NCBI GenBank assembly: GCA_018268335.1 | Contig: JAFDWT010000096.1 | Location: 1 to 22,043 of the forward strand | Direction: 5' to 3' | DNA: 22,043 nt | Origin: Armatimonadota bacterium | GTDB taxonomy: Bacteria; Armatimonadota; Fimbriimonadia; Fimbriimonadales; Fimbriimonadaceae | Shown: positions 16,091-22,043 of the stretch, in pieces | How the letters are laid out: each line of letters opens with the position of its first letter | Position numbering within the stretch: the first letter of the stretch is position 1 | Position numbers and translations under genes: made by a program | Notes under the pieces: generated by a model | Seen by the model: the letters and a program-made list of their open reading frames with translations, nothing else | The model's database searches: none | What the model was told of the DNA's origin: nothing

Positions 16091-16120
16091 GGGCCGCGCC
16101 GGCTGTCGCCGGTGCGGCCC
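16091..16120 (+). terminator. Hairpin between the convergent flotillin and dnaB genes (candidate bidirectional terminator)
   Basis: gggccgcgccggc-tgtc-gccggtgcggccc: a 13-bp stem (one G·U on the + transcript) with a 4-nt loop. It sits 22 nt after the flotillin stop and 6 nt before the dnaB stop. No clear U-tract. Confidence 0.45.
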
Positions 16121-16125
16121 ACGAC

Positions 16126-17550
16126 TTAGTCGTCGTTGCCTCGGTTGCGCCGCGAATATTCTTCCTTGCTCCCCTCGTCCAGCAGCGTGAACTTGGTGTA
16201 GGCGGGCTGGAAGCCGACGAGAACAGTGCCGGTCGGGCCGTTGCGGTGCTTGGCGATCAAGAGCTCGGCGACCTCGGCGGCGTCGGGGTTGAACCGCTCC
16301 TGGACGTTGTGTTCTTTGCGCTTGTAGTACTCGTCGCGGTAGATGAACATGACCATGTCCGCCTCGGCCTCGATGGAGCCCGACTCGCGGATGTCGCTGA
16401 GCATGGGCCGCTTGTTGTCTCGCCCTTCGACCGCACGGTTGAGCTGGGAGAGGGCGATGACGGGAACGTCGAGATCTTTGGCCATCGACTTCAGGCCGCG
16501 GGCGATTTCGGAGATCTCCTGCACGCGGTTCTCCGTCTTCCGGTTGCCGCGCATTAGCTGCAAGTAGTCGACGACGACGAGGGCCAGTCCGCCATCGGCC
16601 CGGAGGCGGCGGCACTTGCCGCGCATTTCTAGGGGCGAAATATCGGAGGAGTCGTCGATGAAGACCGGCAGGCTGTAGAGTTCCTCGCAGGCGTCGGTCA
16701 GCTTTTGGTAGTCGCTGGTATGCAGGTTGGAGCGTTTGAGGACGCCCATCGGCACCTGGGCGATAGTCGAGATCAGACGGCGGACCAGCTGTTGGCCAGT
16801 CATTTCTAGGTTGAAGACGGCGACGTTGCCGACGTTCTGCCGCGCTACGTGCAAAGCGATGTTCATGGCCAGCGAGGTCTTTCCCATGGCCGGGCGGGCG
16901 GCGATGATGACAAAGTCGCCGCCATAAAAACCGGTGGTGACGTTGTCGAGGTCGGTGAATCCGCTTGGGACACCAAGGACTGGCTCACCGGTCTCCATGA
17001 GCTGGTCGACGTCTTTGAAGAAGTCTTTGGCGATCAGCGAGACCGGACGGAAGTACTTGCCGAGCCGTTTGCGGCCGACTTCGAAGACAGTCGCCTCGGC
17101 TTCGTTCACCTTCTCGTCTGCAGAGCCTTCGGGCTCGTGGACGATGCCGATGATGTCCCGGCCCGCCTCTTCCAGACGGCGCAGGGTCGCCTTGTCCAGG
17201 ACGATGCCGGCGTAGTGCATCGCGTTCTGGGCGCTGGGGACGCTTTCGACGACCTGGACCAGGTAGTCGGTGCCACCAACCTCGGCGAGCTTGCCTCGGG
17301 CCTGGAGTTCGTCTCTGAGCGTGACAAGGTCGACGGCTTTGGAACTCAGCATCAGGGACCGGACGGCTTTATAGATCTCCCGGTGCGCGGGCACGTAGAA
17401 ATCTTCGTCGTTCAGGGTCGAACGGATCTCTTCCGCCGCCCTCTCGCTGAGGACCATGCAGCCCAGCGTGCACATTTCCGCTTCGTTGTTCTGCGGCGGG
17501 ACGTGCTCGCTCATACTGTCGATCCGGCGTTGGGCCATGGAGAAGTCCAT
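16126..17550 (-). CDS. dnaB: Replicative DNA helicase DnaB
   Basis: 474 aa. N-terminal domain …PPQNNEAEMCTLGCMVL…. Walker A GARPAMGKTSLAMNIA. DnaB-specific motifs (…IIAARPAMGKT…DYLQLM…SQLNR…). No intein (normal length). Confidence 0.93.
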   Translation of the reverse strand: MDFSMAQRRIDSMSEHVPPQNNEAEMCTLGCMVLSERAAEEIRSTLNDEDFYVPAHREIYKAVRSLMLSSKAVDLVTLRDELQARGKLAEVGGTDYLVQVVESVPSAQNAMHYAGIVLDKATLRRLEEAGRDIIGIVHEPEGSADEKVNEAEATVFEVGRKRLGKYFRPVSLIAKDFFKDVDQLMETGEPVLGVPSGFTDLDNVTTGFYGGDFVIIAARPAMGKTSLAMNIALHVARQNVGNVAVFNLEMTGQQLVRRLISTIAQVPMGVLKRSNLHTSDYQKLTDACEELYSLPVFIDDSSDISPLEMRGKCRRLRADGGLALVVVDYLQLMRGNRKTENRVQEISEIARGLKSMAKDLDVPVIALSQLNRAVEGRDNKRPMLSDIRESGSIEAEADMVMFIYRDEYYKRKEHNVQERFNPDAAEVAELLIAKHRNGPTGTVLVGFQPAYTKFTLLDEGSKEEYSRRNRGNDD

Positions 17551-17682
17551 TATGCTTGCCCAGGCGACACGGGTTTGAACCTACAGCCTCAGCACACTTG
17601 TGAAGAGTTTGTTAACAGGTCTTCCCCAATGCCGCCACTCCCAAGGGCCATTAGCCACCACCGGTAGACTCAAGCCATCCTC

Positions 17683-18858
17683 ATGGCCCTGGCAAAAAAG
17701 ACCGTCCGCGACATCGACGTGAAGGGCAAGCGCGTGCTTGTCCGCTGTGACTTCAACGTCCCTTTGCAGGACGGCAAGATCACCGACGACAACCGGATCA
17801 CCGCTTCGCTGCCGACAATCCAGTACCTGTTGGGACAAGGCGCTCGGGTCGTCCTCTGCAGCCACTTGGGCAGGCCGAAGGGCGTCACACCGGAGTTCAC
17901 TTTGGCACCGGTGGCCGACCGCTTGTCGGCGCTCCTAGGACAGACAGTGGCGTTGGCTCCCGACTGCGTCGGGCCGGCTGCCGCAGCGTTGGTTGATGCC
18001 CTGTCGGACGGCCAGGCCGTGCTCTTGGAAAACGTCCGATTCCACCCCGAAGAGGAGAAGAACGACCCGTCCTTTGCCACTCAATTGGCTGCGTTGGGCG
18101 ATGTGTATGTCAACGACGCCTTCGGCACCGCTCACCGGGCCCATGCCAGCACTGAGGGGGTCGCCCATATCTTGCCGGGCGTGGCCGGCTTCCTGATCGA
18201 GAAGGAGATCGCCTTTTTGGGACAGGCGGTCGAAGACCCCAAGCGGCCGTTCGTCGCCATCATGGGTGGCGCCAAGGTCGCTGACAAGATTCCGGTCATC
18301 AACAACCTGTTGCCCAAGGTCGACAAGCTCATCGTGGGCGGCGGCATGGCCTACACGTTTTTCAAGGCGCGCGGTTGGGAGATCGGCTCCTCGCTGCTCG
18401 ATGCCGCGAGCATCGAGTTTGTCCAGGGCCTGATGGCCGACCACGGCGACAAGCTGCTGCTGCCAGTCGACACAGTGGTCGCGCCCGAGTTCAAGGCCGA
18501 CGCGCCGGCGACGACCGTCGATTCCAGCCAGTTGCCAGCCGACCAGATGGGGCTTGACATCGGGCCGAAGACCCGCGCCCTGTTCATGGATGCCATTGCA
18601 ACCGCAGGAACTGTGATTTGGAATGGGCCGATGGGCGTCTTTGAGTTCGACGCATTCGCCGCAGGAACCAAGGCGGTGGCCGAGGCGCTGGCTTCATCGT
18701 CGGCGACGACCATTGTCGGCGGCGGCGACAGCGCCGCGGCGGTCGAGAAGTTCGGATTGGCTGACAAGATGTCGCACGTCAGCACCGGCGGCGGGGCTAG
18801 CTTGGAGTTCCTGGAAGGCATCGAACTGCCCGGGATCGCCGCTCTGCAAGACAAGTGA
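17683..18858 (+). CDS. pgk: Phosphoglycerate kinase
   Basis: 391 aa. …[11 protein letters not shown]…DDNRI… N-terminus. …[14 protein letters not shown]…GGGMAYTF… conserved motifs. Confidence 0.95.
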   Translation: MALAKKTVRDIDVKGKRVLVRCDFNVPLQDGKITDDNRITASLPTIQYLLGQGARVVLCSHLGRPKGVTPEFTLAPVADRLSALLGQTVALAPDCVGPAAAALVDALSDGQAVLLENVRFHPEEEKNDPSFATQLAALGDVYVNDAFGTAHRAHASTEGVAHILPGVAGFLIEKEIAFLGQAVEDPKRPFVAIMGGAKVADKIPVINNLLPKVDKLIVGGGMAYTFFKARGWEIGSSLLDAASIEFVQGLMADHGDKLLLPVDTVVAPEFKADAPATTVDSSQLPADQMGLDIGPKTRALFMDAIATAGTVIWNGPMGVFEFDAFAAGTKAVAEALASSSATTIVGGGDSAAAVEKFGLADKMSHVSTGGGASLEFLEGIELPGIAALQDK

Positions 18859-19367
18859 GCCTAGTCTGCTTCCGCCTGGACCTCGATTCGACGCCCTGGG
18901 ACGCCGGATCGGGCTACGGTGTCGAACAGGCGCGGCTCGTTCGTCTGTTCGACTTTGCAAGGCGGACGGGGGTCAAGTTCCATGTGTTCGCCTCGTCGCG
19001 CTGTCTGCGGGCTTCGCCCGGCCTGGTGGACGCAGTGCTGAGCGACGGGCATGACTTGGACTGGCTCTACCTTGGTGACCGGCTGGATGAGGAATGGGCA
19101 AATGCTGCGACTCTCCTTGCTGGCACGGGACACTCTTGGCAAGGTGTTGGGCACTTGAATCTAGTTGCTGTGGAATCATGGCTCGAAGGACTCCACTTCA
19201 TCAGTCACGCGGAAGGAGACACTGTCTTTGCCGACAGTGCAATCGTACCGTTGCCAACGGTGCGATTCAGCTTGGCTATGACTGAGCCTGAGGCTGTCGA
19301 GGCCACCGTATTATCGGCTCTCGGGCAAGGTCAGACCGTCAGAACGGCCCGTGACCTTCTGCGCTAA
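18855..19367 (+). CDS. Hypothetical protein (170 aa), GTG start overlapping the pgk stop
   Basis: ORF begins GTGA, overlapping the pgk TGA. It sits where tpiA is often found, but the protein is not a TIM barrel (no …NWKMN… motif). Faint resemblance to NodB-deacetylase motifs (DLD…, HDLDW) noted, but not convincing. Confidence 0.4.
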   Translation: MSLVCFRLDLDSTPWDAGSGYGVEQARLVRLFDFARRTGVKFHVFASSRCLRASPGLVDAVLSDGHDLDWLYLGDRLDEEWANAATLLAGTGHSWQGVGHLNLVAVESWLEGLHFISHAEGDTVFADSAIVPLPTVRFSLAMTEPEAVEATVLSALGQGQTVRTARDLLR

Positions 19368-19374
19368 ATCGCGA

Positions 19375-20535
19375 TCATTCGCCGAGGTTCGGCTTTTCTC
19401 CTGTCAACCACCAAAGCAATGCCTTGTCGAACACTTTGCGGGCGTGTTTGGTGCTGTGGAAGCCGTTGCCAGGCGCCCAGACGTAGTCGTAGCCTTTCCA
19501 CCGGAGCGCCCACATCATCTGCTGGTTGCTCACCCACCAGCTGCCGTGGACGTTGTCCAGGTCGTTGGCGCCGTCCTGGAGGAAAACGCGGATCGGCTTG
19601 TTGTCCGACTTGCGGATGAGGAACGGGTAGTTGTGGCCGCCCTCGATCAGGGTCGGGCCGCTGGCGATGTCGGTGAAGCTGCCGATGAAGCTGATGGCGG
19701 TGCCGAAGAGGTCGGGCCGCTCCCAGCAGGCGGTGAACGAGCAGATGCCGCCGCTGCTGTTACCGGTCAGGGCTCGCTCCTTGGGGTCGTGGCTGAGGCC
19801 GACGATCTTCTCGACCTCGGGCAGGATTTCCTTCTCCAGGAAGGTCACGTACTTGTTGCTGAGCGGGTCGTATTCCTGGCTGCGGTTGCTGTAGTTGCCC
19901 GGCTTGTCTTGGCCCGGCTCGATGAAGACGCCGACGACCGGCGGGATTTTGCCGGCGGCGCGCATATTGTCGAGGAAGGCGGCGTGCCACTGCCTATCCC
20001 ACTGGGCGTCTTGACAGACGAGCAGCGGGTAGCTCGAGGTCTTGGTGTAGCCGGGCGGGAGGTAGATGTACCACTGGCGGGTCGTGCCGGGGTAGATCTT
20101 GCTCTTCCACTCGCCCATCGCCCGGAGCTCACCCTTGAGGCCGCCTTTGGGTGTGAACTGATAGGGGTTGGGGCTGTAACCTTCGACCTGGATGCCCGCG
20201 CGGAGCACCTTGCCGTCGACCTCGATCTGGGCCGGGTAGCCCTGGCCGTCTTCGAGGTGGACGGCACCGATGTTGAGGCCGTCGCCGACGTCGGTGAGGG
20301 TCACGACCGGCTTGCCTTTGCTGGTCACGGTGACCTTCTTGCCCGTGGTTTGGACGGCGAAGACGTAGTCGAGGAACTCGTCGGCCACCGCGCCCTTGGC
20401 CAGGTCTTCTGGTTTGAAACGCTTCTTGACCGCGTCAGCGGCCTGAAACGGCTCTCTCGCGATCAGCGACCGGATTTCGGCGATGGTGGGGGCGTCCTGT
20501 TCCGACATGGCGAGCACCGCGAGCACTGCGAGCAT
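19375..20535 (-). CDS. Secreted esterase of the 'putative esterase'/enterochelin-esterase-like alpha/beta-hydrolase family, with an N-terminal beta-domain
   Basis: ORF 19375..20718(-). The first 61 codons are Arg/Pro-rich junk. Probable start is ATG ~20535 (MLAVLAVLAMSEQ…, a signal peptide). Nucleophile elbow GNSSGG. …WYIYLPPGY…YPLLV… is typical of the Fes/esterase-D-like family. Confidence 0.7.
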   Translation of the reverse strand: MLAVLAVLAMSEQDAPTIAEIRSLIAREPFQAADAVKKRFKPEDLAKGAVADEFLDYVFAVQTTGKKVTVTSKGKPVVTLTDVGDGLNIGAVHLEDGQGYPAQIEVDGKVLRAGIQVEGYSPNPYQFTPKGGLKGELRAMGEWKSKIYPGTTRQWYIYLPPGYTKTSSYPLLVCQDAQWDRQWHAAFLDNMRAAGKIPPVVGVFIEPGQDKPGNYSNRSQEYDPLSNKYVTFLEKEILPEVEKIVGLSHDPKERALTGNSSGGICSFTACWERPDLFGTAISFIGSFTDIASGPTLIEGGHNYPFLIRKSDNKPIRVFLQDGANDLDNVHGSWWVSNQQMMWALRWKGYDYVWAPGNGFHSTKHARKVFDKALLWWLTGEKPNLGE

Positions 20536-20549
20536 GTCGTGAACCTTAC

Positions 20550-22043
20550 CTAGAACGACGGCCCCAGCAGGGCGGCGTTGAGGAGGAGCTTGTACAGGCC
20601 GGGCCACATCGCGCGCTCGGTGGGGTCTTCCATGAAGAGCACCAAATGCCCGCTGCCGACCGGCTGGTCGTGGACCAAGACGGCTCCTTGCAAGCCCTTC
20701 TCCGTCTCGTCTGGCCACGACCAGCCGGCGAGGAGCCGCTTGGCCTTGGGGTCGTCGGAGAGCCGGACCACTGAGCCACCTTCCTTCTTGACATGCCAGA
20801 ACGTGTCGCCGGACATCGGGAAGGCGAGCTCGTCGCGGTCGTAGCCGTAGGTGAGGAAGCTGCGTTTGTCGAGCTGGGCTCGGAACAGCGAGCCGGGGAG
20901 TTCACGGAACTTGCCTTTGATCGTGTCAAGGTCGGCGAAGTTGTCCGATCCGATCGCCCAGCCTGGGTTGCCGAGAACGACCGCTGTGCCACCGGCGGCG
21001 AGCCAATCGGCGAACTTGCCTTTGCTCGGGGCCGAAGTGCCGCGAGGGAGGATGATCGTCGTGTACTTGTTGAGGTCGGGGCTGTTGAGGAACGATTGGT
21101 CGACCGGCGTGAACGGCAGATGGAACACCTGGTCGAACAGGTACCAAATGGCTCCTGAGTCGGCGAGGTTGCCGCGTGTCCCCATGACGATGGCGACTTT
21201 GGGCCGCTTCAGAAGGGCCACGGCGTCGCTGCCTGGTCCAAACCGCTCGGCGTCTGGGTAGGCCGTTGTCAGGGGAACGGTCTGGGCGCCATGTGATTGG
21301 GCTGCCTGCTTCAGCTTGGCCTCGTATCCTTCGTCGTTACGATCGGCCAGGAAGAGGAACGACCCCGTCGGATAGACCTTGCCTTCGACCTGGATGGGCT
21401 TTGTGGTCAAGGATCCGCGGACGCCACTGGCCAAGGCCTCAGCGACCGCCAGGACGTCCTCTTGGTCGAAATACGGGAGGACAAAGCCGACAGTGGACAC
21501 GCCGCCGGCCTGCGCCCTGGTTCCGCCCATGGGCACCTCGGGCCGTGACTCGCACCACCACGCTTTGAGCCCATTTGCCAGCGGGATCGACCACGCGGTC
21601 ATATCGTAGAACTCGCTCCCTTCCGGGCCGGGATAGGTCTCGCCGTCTGGAACTGCGGCCTTCTTGGCGACTTGAGCTTTGACGAACTCAGGTTCAAAGT
21701 TGGCGTCGGGCTCCAAGAGCGCCTTGGCCATCCTGGCTTGTGGTTGGTCCATGTCGACGACCAACGACGAGCCCTTGAAATCGACTCGGCCGACCTTGTC
21801 GGTCCAGTACTCGTGGGCGTGGTCTTGCGACCACGAGCCTTCCGTGATCTGGCTGACTACACCGGCCGACTGCAGTTGCCTCTGTGCCCGGGCGAGCGCC
21901 CGGCGGTCTCCTTGCATCACGACACGTTGGAACTTCCCTGTCGCCTTCCCTTCAGTTGCGTCGCGCTTGAATTTGTCGTAATCAGCCACGAGTGCGGATC
22001 CATTGGCTGCTGTCGCACCCAAAACCGCCATCGCCGAAACAAA
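20550..22043 (-). CDS. Large hydrolase-associated protein, C-terminal ~490 aa. The gene probably continues past the right edge of the window.
   Basis: ORF 20550..22031(-). The frame stays open upstream of ATG 22031 to the window edge. Contains a class-I glutamine-amidotransferase-like/ThuA-like segment (…PKVAIVMGTRGNLADSGAIWYLFDQVFHLPF…YTTIILPRGT…) of the type seen C-terminal to M14-type peptidases. Functional call is tentative. Confidence 0.45.
   Translation of the reverse strand, partial: FVSAMAVLGATAANGSALVADYDKFKRDATEGKATGKFQRVVMQGDRRALARAQRQLQSAGVVSQITEGSWSQDHAHEYWTDKVGRVDFKGSSLVVDMDQPQARMAKALLEPDANFEPEFVKAQVAKKAAVPDGETYPGPEGSEFYDMTAWSIPLANGLKAWWCESRPEVPMGGTRAQAGGVSTVGFVLPYFDQEDVLAVAEALASGVRGSLTTKPIQVEGKVYPTGSFLFLADRNDEGYEAKLKQAAQSHGAQTVPLTTAYPDAERFGPGSDAVALLKRPKVAIVMGTRGNLADSGAIWYLFDQVFHLPFTPVDQSFLNSPDLNKYTTIILPRGTSAPSKGKFADWLAAGGTAVVLGNPGWAIGSDNFADLDTIKGKFRELPGSLFRAQLDKRSFLTYGYDRDELAFPMSGDTFWHVKKEGGSVVRLSDDPKAKRLLAGWSWPDETEKGLQGAVLVHDQPVGSGHLVLFMEDPTERAMWPGLYKLLLNAALLGPSF

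Noticed and set aside
14537-16615. 692-aa ORF on the minus strand spanning the whole flotillin gene and part of dnaB
   Set aside because: It is antisense to two strongly supported genes. The translation is Arg/Gly/Leu/Asp-rich low-complexity (RRRRLLAANARQ…GLGDHLGVGDGV…), typical of mirror-frame ORFs in high-GC DNA.
16849-17667. 272-aa plus-strand ORF antisense to dnaB
   Set aside because: It overlaps the unmistakable DnaB helicase. The composition is typical of high-GC antisense frames.
19351-20553. 400-aa plus-strand ORF antisense to the esterase gene
   Set aside because: Ala/Val/Asp/Gly/Arg low-complexity product. It fully overlaps a gene with clear catalytic motifs on the other strand.
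1-22043. Searched for CRISPR repeats, tRNA/rRNA genes, IS/transposase or integrase genes and phage-like modules
   Set aside because: No regularly spaced direct repeats, no cloverleaf-compatible conserved tRNA boxes, and no transposase/integrase-like ORFs were seen. The window looks like stable chromosome.

Overview
High-GC (~63-65%) bacterial chromosomal segment with tight gene packing and no rRNA/tRNA genes, CRISPR arrays or obvious mobile elements. Most genes are recognisable housekeeping genes: surE; a co-directional minus-strand block rpoZ-dnaJ-prmA-rsmE-rph-rdgB; a cystathionine gamma-synthase/beta-lyase-family PLP enzyme; dnaB; pgk. Between them lie less ordinary genes: a 5'-partial apgM-like (archaeal-type cofactor-independent phosphoglycerate mutase family) gene whose N-terminus appears to lack the canonical metal-binding Asp/Gly motif; a VanZ-like membrane protein; a DinB-superfamily protein divergently paired with a 345-aa protein of unknown function; a LamG/ConA-like jelly-roll protein with a C-terminal TM anchor; and a Lys-rich secreted protein in a lower-GC patch. 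The most interesting stretch is a same-strand cassette at 11.4-16.1 kb: two adjacent DM13-domain proteins (three DM13 domains in total), an ECF sigma factor, a soluble zinc-finger (HxxxCxxC, ZAS-type) anti-sigma factor, a ~390-nt GC-rich structured non-coding spacer, and a 654-aa flotillin/SPFH protein whose N-terminus carries four tandem ~70-aa repeats. A secreted esterase and a partial large hydrolase end the window. Many long ORFs in the track are antisense artefacts of high GC and are rejected. All functional calls rest on motif recognition by eye; no database search was possible. Hand-counted coordinates may be off by 1-2 nt.
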